A stretch of 58,689 bases of DNA from Cyanophora paradoxa CCMP329 (Eukaryota > Plantae > Glaucophyta), in contig QPMI01000540.1 in the NCBI GenBank assembly GCA_004431415.1, positions 1 through 58,689 of the forward strand. Reading direction: 5' to 3'. The notes below the pieces were generated by a model. It searched no databases. It saw nothing but the letters and a program-made list of their open reading frames with translations, and was not told the DNA's origin. Numbering within the stretch: position 1 is the first letter of the stretch; every line of letters begins with the position of its first letter. The position numbers and the translations under genes were made by a program. Below are positions 10,729-22,675 of the stretch, in pieces.

Positions 10729-11697
10729 TCACTCGTCCGTCCCGCGGATCTTTTTGCGGAGCTGCATGTCCTTGGGCTGGATTGTGATGCTGCGCGCCCC
10801 CGGCGGTTATGTGCCCCTGTACGGGGCGCTACAGAGTTTTGGAGGGGGGTGGAATATTAATGGGCGGCATATATACCGCTTGGCATGGATCGCGAGGAGG
10901 TTGCTCCCCTCGAACGTCTCGATGGCGTAACTGCGTCTCGACGATCAGTTGCAGAGGCGGCGTTCTATGAACTTGCAAATTTCGCGAACTGCTCAGTGGC
11001 CTCGCGGAGAGCGAGGACGGCCTGCCGGCACCAGCGAAGAGCGGTGGTGTCGGTCAGCCTCGCCTCGCGAAGCTCCTTCAGGACATCCTCGGTGATCTCC
11101 TTGACGGTGCGGGTGAATGGGGCGAGCGCAATGATGGGTTCGGTTCGCTTCTGCCACTTGCGAATCTCCCTGCGAGCGGTGGATTCACTGAGCCTCTGAT
11201 AGTGTTTATTGCACTTGAGACAACATCAACGTACCGGAGGGCAACCGTGCCTCCGCAAAGGCGTGCGCGGTTATAAACAAATTTAAATCAGATAGAGAAA
11301 CATTATGAATGATAGTCACTTCAAAAGGCTTTAAGATAGTAAGATCTAGAAAAAACGTTAATTTAGAAAAAACGTTAATTAAAATATAAGATCTAGAAAT
11401 GATAGTTGAATTCCGACTCGGCGAAGTTCGAAATCACTGACTAGAGTCACTTTAGTCACTTTAAAGTTAACCCTGCTATAGCGCTAGCTAGGCCTAGGTT
11501 CGCATACTGATCATGAATAAATATAAAAGTGAACTCGGACCTGGACGGTAACGGTGTGGCTTCTTGACGCCTCCTGCTGCAGGAGCCGCTCGACGGGCCG
11601 CCTTTGATGCGAGCTTCCGCTCGCCCATGTTTGCGAATCGCTTCCGCGGGGCCTTGCCCCCCGTGCTCTTTTGCCCCGTGTGCTTTGTCCGTGCCAT
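10729..11697 (-). CDS. Divergent histone H3 variant, 5 exons, intact
   Basis: Exons 11697-11541, 11250-11235, 11169-10990, 10930-10877 and 10789-10729 splice in phase (all GT-AG) to [155 protein letters not shown]. Confidence 0.93.
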
Positions 11698-11836
11698 CTG
11701 GCTATAGCTTGATCGGGCCGAAAGGCCCTGCGGCCTTGCCGGAGTGCGCACACGTGGGTGCTCTTATTTATATATTCGTATACACATGGAGTTTTTGCGT
11801 CGTGCATTTCAGATTCAGAGTCAAGAACTTCGGAAA

Positions 11837-13874
11837 TCAAGGGGCGTCGGACTCGGATTTCGAGCCGTCGGCGTCCGAGGCCCCGGGCCCGGCCGCCTTG
11901 ATGCGAAAGACGTTCTTCGGCATGCGAACGAGCGGCTCGCCCTTGCTGTCGACGAGCTTCTTCACGCGCTCATCGAGCCGCTTCTCGATCTCCTCGAGCG
12001 CCGCGTCGTCGGCGCGCTGCAGGTTGGGGAGAAAGGCGACAAAGTCCGCCGGGCTGACGCCGTCGCCCACCACGCGCGCGAGGCCCGGGAGGCGCTGCAG
12101 GACGCGGGCGCAGGCGGCCAGGTCCGAGTAGGCCTTGGCGCACACCGAGCGCTCCTCCAGGCGGAGGCCGCAGGCCTCGAGGATGTGGTTGTAGCGCGGC
12201 TCGACGCGGTCCCGCCGAAAGTAGCCCCAGCTGCGGGGGTTCCGCCCGTTGGCCTCGACGTAGCGCTCGTACGCCCCGAGGATGCCCGTCGAGGCGAGGA
12301 GGAGGCAGCGGATCCGCTCCCGCCCCGCGTGCTGGGCCCGCAGGAGGAGGGCCCGCCGCGCCGCGGGGTCCCCGTCGAGCTGGATCCCGACGAGGGCGGC
12401 GTCGACGCCGCGCCGCAGCCCCCGCTCGAGCTCACGGAGGGAGAGAGTCCCCTCGCTCCTCTCCGAGACCGCCTCTTCCCCCTCGCCGCCCTCGCCGCCA
12501 CCGCTGCCGCCGCCGCCGCCGCCGCCGCCCTCGTGCTCCGCGTCCGCATCCGAGCCCGAGTCCGACGTCCCCTCGCCGTCCCGATCGCGATCGGCCGCCT
12601 CGAGCTGGGTCTCGAACTCGGCCCGCTTCTGCTCCTCCCACTCGTTCATCGGCCCGTCTTCGCCGGCGGGCTCGCCTCCGCCTCCACCGCCGCCGCCCGC
12701 GCCGGGGGCCTCGGTCTCCTCGCCCTCGCCCTCGCCCTCGCCCGCGCCCTCCTCGTCGTCCTCCTCGTCAAAGTCCTCGCGCTTGCACGTGTAGGCGTCG
12801 TAGAGGATGCGCTGCAGCTTCTCGCTTTCCCACGGCGGCCGCCGCTCCGACGAGGCGGGGCGGCGCTGCCGCTTGGCCGGCGGGCCCTTGGGCGCCTCGA
12901 TGGCCAGCGGCGGCTCCTCGTCCTCGAGCTCGTCCTTGTCCTGGGCGGCGGCGGGGGCCATGCGCCTCGCGCGCGTCGCCCGGGCCGCGGCTGCCGGCGC
13001 CGGCGCCGGAGCTCCCTTGGCCGCCGACGCCGAGCTCCCCTCGGCCGCCGTCGAGGCCTGCGAGGCCCGGCGCGCCCCGAGCGGCGGGGCGTCGACGCGT
13101 TCGAGTCGGTCCCGCCCTTGTGCGCGGCCGCGGGCTGGGCGGCCGCGGGGGAGCCCGCGGCAGTAGGCTCCTGGGAGGCAGACTCGGCCGCTGGCGCCGC
13201 CTGTCCCCTGGACGAAGAGGGCCCCGCCCCGCCGCTCGTCGGGGGCGCGCGGCGGCACGAGGCAAGCGCGGCGAGCTGGATCGCGCGCGAGACGCCCTCG
13301 GCAGCCGTCCAGGACTCGGGGCGCTCGGCCTCGTGGACAAAGGCGCGGTAGGCGAGGTAGCCGTCGACGCGCGACGAGGGGACGAGGGTGGAGAGGGTCG
13401 GGTGCGGCTCGCTGCACGCATTCTGGAGCATGGGGCACTCGACCTCGCCCTCTTCGTCTCCGGCCGCGCCCGTGGGCGCCAGAACCTGCGCAGAAGGGGA
13501 CGTCGAGGGGGGCGGGGGGTACGGTGGGGGTATGGGCGCGGGGCTGGCACCTTGGGAACGCAGGCGAGGCACACGAGGCCGTGGCGCTGGAGCAGGTGGC
13601 CCGTCGGCTCGTCGTTGAGGTCGATCGCGCGGTCGAGGTCGCCCCCGCCGGCGAGCTCGGCGATGCTCCTGGCCAGGCATGCCGGCACGTACGCCGGCGG
13701 GAGGAGCCGCTCCGCAGCGCAGACGCTGCACCGGGGGCGCACGTCGAGCTCCAGCCAGGCCGAGATGTACTTGGGGCGGGCGATCCGCACGGGCCGCGCG
13801 TCGATCGGCGGGGCCCCCGACGCTGCCTCCTCCTGGGAGGACGCCGCCTGCTTGCCCTTGGCCTTGGCCCCCAT
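11837..13874 (-). CDS. RING-like Zn finger + acidic linker + unknown helical domain (paralog 1)
   Basis: CSVC..PAC..HGLVCLAC|..CPMLQNAC; intron ~13487-13550; D/E-rich linker; C-terminal YSDLAACARVLQRLPGLARVVG..EKRLDE. At least one frameshift. Confidence 0.6.
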
Positions 13875-14174
13875 CGAGACCGCGGGACCCGTGTTCCCGG
13901 TACCCTCCCCGCTCGAGTCGAGGGGGTACGCAGGCCCTTTCAATCCTGCACGCGGGAATGAGACGGACGGCGTGCGACGTGCAGCCATTTATGAATTCGG
14001 GAGATGCACGCCCCTCTCGCTTTTCCTTGGTGCGCATGCGCACCTGCGAACCGCGCGGCAGCGTCCAACAGGCCCGCGTGCGCTCGGCCTCTAGATCTGT
14101 GCCCGTTAAGGCCGGTGCGCCTCGCGACTCGTTCTAGCGGCGGCAGGCTTGTACCCCCGTTCACTTCACATGGA

Positions 14175-14970
14175 CCCGAAATCGGCCGGGCTCTGGTCGG
14201 GGAGGGGGGGGGAAGGGGGGGAGGGGGGAAGCGCGGCTAGGTGCGGGTCTTGCAAGGCGTACCCGGCCCTCTCGACTTGCCGGATTTCGAGAGCGGTTTC
14301 CGAAGTGGCTCCGTACCCCTGACCATACGGTACATAGACCTGGAATCGGCCGAGCTCTGGTCGGGGGAGCTCGAGTAGGGGGGGTAGAGGGTGAGGCCGC
14401 AAGGGTACCAGACGGACAAGGTCGCAAAAGACGCCGTTCCCCACACCCTCGGCAGAGCGACCAGAGCTCGGCCGATTTCAGGCCTAGAAAGAGGGGGCAG
14501 AACGATCTGTACCCCTCTTTCGCCGCCGACCAGAGCTCGGCCGATTTCAGGCCTAGAAAGGGGGGCAGAACGATCTGTACCCTTCTTTCGCCGCCGACCA
14601 GAGCTCGGCCGATCCCAGGTCTAGAAGAGGGGGACAGAACGATCTCGGCCTTTATCTTGAGGCTGTACCCCCCGATCGCGTGGTGCATCTAGACCGGGGA
14701 TTGGCCGAGCTCTGGTCAGTGCACGTGGTGGGGGGGGAATTCAAAGGGGTTATATATAGAGGGGAAGGGTTGAAGGAAACCGGTATACCCCCCTCCCCTC
14801 CCCTCCCCTCCCCTCCCCCCCCAAGGCCCGCAGACTGCAGAAGATCCAACCAGAGCTCGGCCGATTTCGCGACCAAATATAAAGGGGGCAAGGTTAAGAG
14901 AGCGCGTCAAAGACCACTACCCCTCAGAATCACCACAACTAGACCTGGAATCGGCCGAGCTCTGGTCAGC
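14175..14970. repeat. Cluster of ~8 copies of the core motif, including a ~68-bp tandem repeat at ~14457-14640
   Basis: GACCAGAGCTCGGCCGAT or its reverse complement near 14180, 14345, 14460, 14530, 14598, 14700, 14850 and 14950. Confidence 0.85.
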
Positions 14971-15219
14971 GGGGGGAGAGGGGATCCAAGGAAGATAACA
15001 CAGGACCACATACCGGGTTCGACTCTCGAGCGGATCCCTCCCGAGGGCGGCGCGAGCGACACGAGCAGCCTTCGTGAACTCGGCCCGCGCTCGTCTGGTA
15101 TCAGCGGGTGCTGCGGGACTCGTCGGCTGCGTACGTGGAGAGAGGGCGATCTGCGTAGCGATAGAAAGAGCATGAGCGACGCGCCGCAGCTGGGGTGCCG
15201 GCCGCCGCCGACCTGGGTA

Positions 15220-16415
15220 GAGAAAGAGGGGTACGCACCTCTGCCGCCGCCGCTCATAGAGCCGCGATCGGCCGAGCTCTGTGCAGGGGGAGGAAGAGGA
15301 GGGGGGGGGGAGCGGGCGGGGGTACGGATCAGGAAGCGTCCGGCACCGCGCAGCCCTGGCGGCAGCAGCCCCTGCGCAGAGCTCGGCCGATTAGGGGGCG
15401 AGGTAGACAGAGAGGGGTACGCACCTCTGCCGCCGCCGCTCATAGAGCCGCGATCGGCCGAGCTCTGTGCAGGGGGAGGAAGAGGAGGGGGGGGGAGCGG
15501 GCGGGGTACGGATCAGGAAGCGTCCGGCACCGCGCAGCCCTGGCGGCAGCAGTCCCTGCGCAGAGCTCGGCCGATTAGGGGCGAGGTAGACAGAGAGGGG
15601 TACGCACCTCTGCCGCCGCCGCTCATAGAGCCGCTTTCGGCCGAGCTCTGTGCAGGGGAAGGAAGAGGGGGAGGGGGGGAGCGGGCGGGGTACGGACCAA
15701 GGTGAGCGTCCGGTATCGCACCCTACCCTCGGCGGCAGCGGCCCCCTGTGCGCAGAGCTCGGCCGATTACGGGACGAGAGAGAGGGTGAGAAATAGACAG
15801 AGGGGTACGCACCGCTGCCGCCGCCGATCATAGAGCCGCTTTCGGCCGGGCTCTGTGCAGGGGAAGGAAGAGGGGGAGGGGCGGAGCGGGCGGGGGTACG
15901 GATCAGGAAGCGTCCGGCACCGCGCAGCCCTTGGCGGCAGCAGTCCCTGCGCAGAGCTCGGCCGATTAGGGGACGAGGTAGACAGAGAGGGGTACGCACC
16001 TCTGCCGCCGCCGCTCATAGAGCCGCGATCGGCCGAGCTCTGTGCAGGGGGAGAAGAGGGGGGAAGGGGCGGAGCGGGCGGGGGGTACTGATCAGGAAGC
16101 GTCCGGCACCGCGCAGCCCTTGGCGGCAGCAGCCCCTGCGCAGAGCTCGGCCGATCACGGGACGAGGTAGACAGAGAGGGGTACGCACCTCTGCCGCCGC
16201 CGCTCATAGAGCCGCGATCGGCCGAGCTCTGTGCAGGGGGAGGAAGAGGGGGGAGCGGGAGCGGGCGGGGGTACGGATCAGAAAGCGTCCGGCACCGCGC
16301 AGCCCTTGGCGGCAGCAGTCCCTGCACAGAGGTCAGAGATCTAGAGAGGGTAGCACCGCGAGAGAAATCAAACGGCAAATACCCCCCACCCCTGACCAGA
16401 GCTCGGCCGATTCCG
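15220..16415. repeat. Second tandem array of family A, ~6 units of ~185-200 bp
   Basis: Same unit as 259-1840 (GAGGGGTACGCACC..CTCATAGAGCCGCGATCGGCCGAGCTCTGTGCAGGGG..GGATCAGGAAGCGTCCGG), same orientation. Confidence 0.95.
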
Positions 16416-17220
16416 GGTCTATGCGAGACGCACCACCCAAAATCGACGACCGTGACGCAAACGCGCAACGGCCGACGCGCGCATCGAGTCCGCCGGAACC
16501 TATTCCGCACCCAGCGCGCGCAATACCTAGAGGGGCGGGGCGCACGCCCCACCTCGCTCCGGATCCAGAGCGATCGATATCGGAGCGCTCCCCGGCCCGG
16601 CCCGACTGCTGCGCCGACACTGAACGCATCAGCGAGCCTGCCAAGAGCGCGTTTCGAAGAAGCAGGCGAGACTCAAGACTCACCGTCCCCGGCGTGCGCG
16701 CGACGCGACTCTAGCTATACAGGTGACGAGCACGCCGGGCACGCTCCGGACGCGCAGAAGCGCCCGCACAGCTGGTCAAGCACTCGGATCGAAACCGGTG
16801 CACCGCAGGGGGCCGCAAGTTGCGCATCGGAACGGGTTCGCGGCCCGACGAGCCAGCGAGGCGTAGCTCGCGGCACGCAAAACCCGCCGAAAGAGCTGAG
16901 AGCGCAAAGCGCTCCACGCATCGTAGCCTGGCCTGAACGCGCGCACGAGCTCGCCGGCCGAGGTCGAACAAGAGCGGGTACGAGTTCTCACTGGCAAATA
17001 GCGTACCCAGAGATCAACCGAAAAGCGCCGCGCAAAAGAGCACCGCCACGTCTCTACACGGCACTTTGCCCGACATTGATCCTTGGGAGCGACCGTTTCG
17101 CATAGGCAGACCGCCGCCCCTCGTGCGCTTTGGTACTCGTTTTTCCGCAACAACCATCGCCTGCCAGACGGCCCCGGGTACACCGAACATCTGCGCCGTG
17201 CTTGAAAGCGAGGCGGCCGC

Positions 17221-19811
17221 ATGAGCGAGCCAGAAGCCGGCGAATCGGCGGTGGTGGTGCCGCAGAGGACGACCCCGCTCCTCGGCAAAGTGCAGCGGCT
17301 CGCCAAGGCGTTCGAGGCGAACAACTGGCTCGCGACGTGCGGCGTGTGCAAGTGGGGCTGCGTCAAGCCCGTCATCACGTCGTGCTTTGCGACGGCGCTG
17401 GCAAAGCTGCGGCGCGGAGACGGCGGTCCGCAGCAGCAGCAGCTCGAAGAAGCCTTCGGCTCGCCCGAGTTTCTCGCCGAGCTCGAATCGGCGCAGCCAG
17501 ACGGGCGTTCGGAGCTGTTTCAGCTTCTAAAGAGGGCGCTCGAACACGGCGCCGGCGTGCGATGCCTCTTCTGCATCTTCAAGGTCGCCGTGAGGGATGA
17601 CCAAGGTACGGATCAACACGCACGCGCGGGGGGGCCAGTGGGGGTCGGCGCCGAAGCGCCTAGCAACGCGCGAACAGAGCGCGCGCATCCTAGCAAGGCG
17701 GGGCGCGGCCCCGCCCCCCGTGACCGCTGCCGCCGCCGCCCCGCCGCCCCGCCCCGCCGCCGCGGCCGCCGCGCGCCGACCTTGCCTGCGAGCAGTTCGC
17801 TACCACACCTTTGGGACCCGGTCGTGCGAGGGTGCGGCTTGCACGCGTGCGCACCTCCCGCTGTGCCGACTATATCCGGGCAGATGTCACCAAGTGCACG
17901 TTCTGCGAGGACGAGCACGACGACTTTGACCGCTCCGAGCTGAAGGAGTTTCAGCCCTGCGACCTGCTCGAAGAGTGCATGTGGGCGCGGCGGTTCACCA
18001 GCGAACAGCACGAGCAGATTCGGGAGCAGGACGAGGGCGCGCGGCGGTCTCGCGAGTGCGTCACGCGGATCGCCCACCTCGTCCTCGACGCGTCCGCAGT
18101 ACACGAGCCCCTTCCGACGGGTGCGGCCCTGCTCCAAGCCGCGCCGTCTAGAAGCCTGCGACGCGCTGGACTGACGCGCGCCGCACACCCGTCGCCGCGC
18201 GCAGAGCGCCCGGCGATCACCGACACGCCGTCGCCCCCCGGAGGTGCGCCCGCGCGCCCCCTTTTCTTTCCCCGCCCCGCCCCGCCCGACGCCGGGATGC
18301 GCAGCGCCCTGCGGCGGCCCTGCGACGCCAGAGGTGCCGCCCCCGGAGCCCGAGGCTGGCCCGTCGGGCAAAGAGGGCGGTGAGCGCCTTGGCGCGGCGA
18401 GGGGCGCGCCGCGGCTCTCCCCGCCGTGCTGACCGACCCCCGCCCAGGCGAGACTCTGGATCCGCCGGCAACGCCCGAGGCGGGCGCATCGGGCGGAAAG
18501 GGCGCGTCGGGCAAGAAGGGCGGTGGGCGCCTCTTTGTGCAGCGTGGCGCGCCTTTCGCTGCTCCCGCCGCGCTGAGCGATTCTCGCCCCCAGAAGAGGC
18601 TCCGGCGGGCAAGAACAAGAAGGACGCATCGGGCAGGAATAGCAAAAAGGCCGCGTTGGACGGTGAGCGCCTCTAGATCTTTCTTTGGCGACGGGCGCCC
18701 CCGGGGCTCCCGCCGCGCCGAGCGATTCGATTCGCGCCCAGATCCCACTCTTCCGATCGTGGACGGTCCGCGGACAACGAGAAACACGACCCCGAACTAC
18801 GGCACGGGCGGGAGCGGCAGCTCCGGCCCAAAGGGCGGCAAGCACGGCAAGGCGCGCGCGCCGTCCGGCAAGGGCCGAACTTCCTCCAAGCGGGGGCGGG
18901 GCAAAGAGGTCGACGGCGATGCCGAACCCAGCGAGAGGGGCAGCGGCAGCGGCAGCGGCAGCGGCAGCGGTAGCGGCGGCGGCGGCGGCAGCGGCGACTC
19001 TGACGGCGAAGAGAGCGGCGAGTCCGGGCCGGAGCTGGCGGAGCTGGCGTACCCGGAGGACGGGTACGACTTGGAGCAAAAGGCGCCCAAGCAGGAGCGC
19101 GTCGGGAAGCGCCTGCGGCGCAAGCGCGTGCGGGCCGTGATGCGCGCCGCGTACATCGAGCCGGCGCCGGCGCCCGCCCAGGCCAAGCGGGCAAAGGGCA
19201 AGGGGCCGGTGAGGCGCAACGGGGCGGAAGCGGACGGGGGGGAGGACGAAGAGGTCGACGCAGCGACGCGGGAGGAGCTGAAGAGGTGCACCGAGGACCT
19301 CGAGGCGGGCGAGGAGGACGTCGCCGACATCGGCAAGCGCGTCGAAGGCCCCGTCCTGCGGGCGCTGGAGACCGGCTTCGGCGACGCGGAGCTGGAGAGA
19401 ACAAAGGCGGGCTTTCTCGTGGCGGCGGGCCTGCTGCACCTCAGCGAGAGCGTGGCGAGCAAGAAGAGGCCAGACTTCAAGTACCAGCGCGGCTCCCGCG
19501 GGCTGCGCGGCTGCGACATCAGGAGGCTCGGCCTGCACTGGGAGAAGATCGGGCCAGAGGTGGAGGAAAAGTTTGGCAAGGCGCTGCGGGCGGGCAACTT
19601 TCCGGTCAACCAGCGGACGTACAGCGTCATGCTCAACGTGGCGGCCCTCGTTCGCGAGCGCCGGGCCTTTGCCAAGGTCGTCGGCCGCGTCCGCGCCTCT
19701 GAGTTTTTCCGCACCCTCGCCCTCGTCGCCAAGGCCAACGAGAAGGAGCTGGTGGCGCTCCGCAAGCGGCTCGGGGATGGCATGCCCACCGCCCTCTTTG
19801 AGGACGAGTAG
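17221..19811 (+). CDS. RING-like Zn finger + low-complexity linker + unknown helical domain (paralog 2), multi-exon
   Basis: ATCGVCKWGCVKPVITSC..HGAGVRCLFC..|..KCTFC; C-terminal YSVMLNVAALVRERRAFAKVVG..RKRLGD aligns by eye with paralog 1. Internal exon structure not fully resolved. Confidence 0.6.
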
Positions 19812-19994
19812 GGCCCCCAACGTTTTATTCTGTAGCCCTCTCTGCAACACCCCCCCCTTTTTTCCTCTCCCTCCCCCCGCCCCTCCACGCCCTACCCCGC
19901 AGCCCTCTCCCCTCTTGTGTCGCTTTCATTTCGACGTCGATTCTTTTCACTTCCTGCAACCCCCCCGCCCCAGCGAGCCGCGTACGGGATGCTG

Positions 19995-20725
19995 CTCGCA
20001 CAGAGCTCGGCCGATAGAGGGTCTATCGCGCGGGTGTGGCAGGGGGTATAGCTTTTCAGTCCCTCGTGTGCGCCTCGCTCCATTATCGGCCGAGCTCTGT
20101 GCAGGGGCGCTGCCGTGGGAGCTGTACCCGGCGCTATTTCTGATTTCGTACCCCGTCCGCTCTCACCCCTCACCTTCCTCCATCCCGCGCAGAGCTCGGC
20201 CGGAAGCGGGTCTATCGTTGGCGGCGGTAGAGGGTGCGTACCCCCTTCTGACTGCCTCGGCCGCCCCGCTCGACCGTTGTACGATTATCGGCCGAGCTCT
20301 GTGCAGGGGCGCCGCCGTGGGAGCTGCACGGTACCCGGCGCTATTTCTGATTTCGTACCCCGTCCGCTCTCACCCCTCACCTTCCTCCACCCCGCGCAGA
20401 GCTCGGCCGGAAGCGGGTCTATCTATCGTTGGCGGCGGTAGAGAGTACATACCCCCTCTGACGGGCCGTTCTCCCGTATCCCCAAAAACCGGCTAGCCGC
20501 TTGCCGCCCGCCAGCCGCCACTAGCCGCTAGCGCGCGCCAGCCGCACCGCTCGCCCCCCGTTGTACAATTATCGGTCGAGCTCTGCGCAGGGGCGCCGCC
20601 GTGGAGAGCTGCACATGCACGGAATCGGGTACCATTCTGATTCGTATCCCACGTCTGCTCTCCACCTTTCCCCTACCCCCTATTCGCCCCTGCACAGAGC
20701 TCGGCCGAAAAGCGGTCTATCTATT
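19995..20725. repeat. Repeat family B, ~3 units of ~200 bp built on the same inverted core
   Basis: ATTATCGGCCGAGCTCTGTGCAGGGGCGC..CTATTTCTGATTTCGTACCCC..CAGAGCTCGGCCG at ~20082 and 20285, with a more diverged copy at ~20569. Confidence 0.85.
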
Positions 20726-20771
20726 CGAAGCACATGTACACTTCCTACCACCAACATGTACCTAAAAAAAG

Positions 20772-22588
20772 CTACGAAATTAAAGGGTGCGAAAATCCAC
20801 GTAGCAGAATCCATCCGAGGGAACGGGGCAAGGGCAGGCAGTGTACACCTGGGCATCGACGACCGTGATACCCCAGCACCCGAACAGCCCGAGGTCGGGA
20901 ACGGAAATCTCGCACTCTGCCGGCGCCGGGCCACTGGGCTCCGCGGCCGGCGCCGGCGGGGAGAGAGCCGGCGGGGGGGTCGCTGGCGGGGAGAGAGCCG
21001 GCGGGGGGGTCGCCTGCGGGGAGCGTCGGGACTTTCCGCGGCCGATCCCGAGCACCGAGGCGGCGTGCTTGAGGGCCGCCGCCGCCGAAATCTCGACGAT
21101 CCTGACGCCCCAGCGGGCGGCGAGGCCCAGCGTCCGGCGCCCGCGCCCCAGGCTCCTGCGGACGCTGGCCCCAAGGGGCCCTCGTCGCCGCTTCGTCACG
21201 CCAAAGGTGGCCCCGCTCCTGGGCTTGGCCTTGATCACGGGCGGCTTCACCCACCACTCTCCGTAGGGGCCGAGCGGGAACGGTTCGAGCGGATCCTCGG
21301 GGGTCAAGCCGGTAGGCCCCGAAGCCGGGCCCGGCGCCGCGCCCCCGAGCCCCTCCGGGGCGGCGGCGGATGCCTTGCCGCCCGAGCGGCCCTCCACCCG
21401 CTTGGTGCGCTCGGACCTCTCGACCGCCGAGCGGTCGCCGTAGCGGTGGAGGGTGCGCTTCTCGAGCACGGATAAGAGGCGCGGAAAGTAGCCGGCGCCT
21501 GGGAAAGCGAAATCAAAGCCGTCCGGAGGGGGCGGCGCGCGCGGCGCGTGGGACGCGGGGCGAGCGGCGCTCACCGTAGCTGGTGGCCAGGATCTGGAAG
21601 AGGGGGGACGTCGGTCGCGGCGGCCGGGAGAAAGTCAGACTTGACGATCGGGGTCGGGCCGCGGAAAGGGAGAGGGGACGGGGCCGGCCCCGCGCCGCTC
21701 ACCTCCATATTGTGCTTGATGGCCTTGATGGCGCGCAAGAGGGCGCCCTTCTTCCTCGTGTTCGACGAGAAGCGGGCGTTTGCCCGCGACGGGTCGGGGT
21801 AGGCGCAGTCGACGAAGCGCCCGAGAAAACTCTCCAGCGCCGCGTCGAGGTAGGTGAGCGAGTCGATCCGGAAGCAGTACCTGCGTGCACGCCCGTCGGC
21901 GCGCGCGCGCGCTCGCTCGCTCGCTCGCAGGGCGCGCCGGGGCCGCTCACGTCCAGTGCGCGGTCCTGTCCAGCTCCTCGAGCTCGTGGGGGGTCGGGTT
22001 GACCAGCAGGACCCTGCGCGCGAGCCCCGGGAGGGAAGAGGGGCAGGTCACGCCGAGAGGCGGGGCGGAAGCAGCCCCCGCAGGGACCGGCGCACCCCTC
22101 GTAGGGCATGATAAAGATGCGGGTCGTCGGGCCAAAGACCTCGACCTCGTCGGGCCGCCGCCCCTGCGCGGCCGCCCTCGCCAGCACCTCGGGCTGCGCG
22201 ACCGCGAACACGCCATCGCCCTTGCACACCGTGGACGGCCCGATCCGAAACTGCCCGACGCAGCGTGAGGAGGGGAAGCGCCAGCACTGCGCGACGGCGC
22301 CGCCGCGCGCACCCCGGCCCGCGCCAGGTGCTCCTCGCAGAACGGGGTCTTCCGCGTCGATGCCGCGCAGCCGCGCCAGACGCAGCGCCTCCAGCGTGTC
22401 AACTCGAACAGATGGCGCCGGAGCGTCTCGAGCTGGCCGCCGTCCGCCGACTCTAAGCGGGCCAGAACGAGCTCCGCCGGCGCCTCCGGTTCACCTGCTC
22501 CCTCCGCAGCGGGGCACGCGGAGGACGAGCGCGGCGGGTCTATCTCGATGCACGGAGACCAGGGCTGGATCGCGAGGCGGCCCGCCAT
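20772..22588 (-). CDS. SET-domain lysine methyltransferase (vSET-like) with N-terminal Cys/His finger; 3' end uncertain
   Basis: CVWRGC..FCEEH; FRIGPSTVCKGDGVFA; FIMPYEG; exon 21880-21703 YCFRIDSLTYLDAALESFLGRFVDCA..ANARF..LRAIKAIKHNME; exon 21593-21575 ILATSY; next exon from 21498 GAGYF. Follows the SET motif order GxGvFA / eYxG / DA..RFiN / I..gEEi..YG..Y. Confidence 0.8.
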
Positions 22589-22675
22589 GTTCGCGGCCGC
22601 AGTCGCCGAGCGTACCCCCCCGCATCCAAGGCCGCAAGGCGGCGAAGGCGCAGGCCAACGGCGGCCCCGCGGGCG

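Noticed and set aside
17613-19850. 745-aa minus-strand ORF and other long Arg/Pro/Ala-rich ORFs (e.g. 11744-13351, 40007-41299)
   Set aside because: Antisense shadows of real genes in high-GC DNA.
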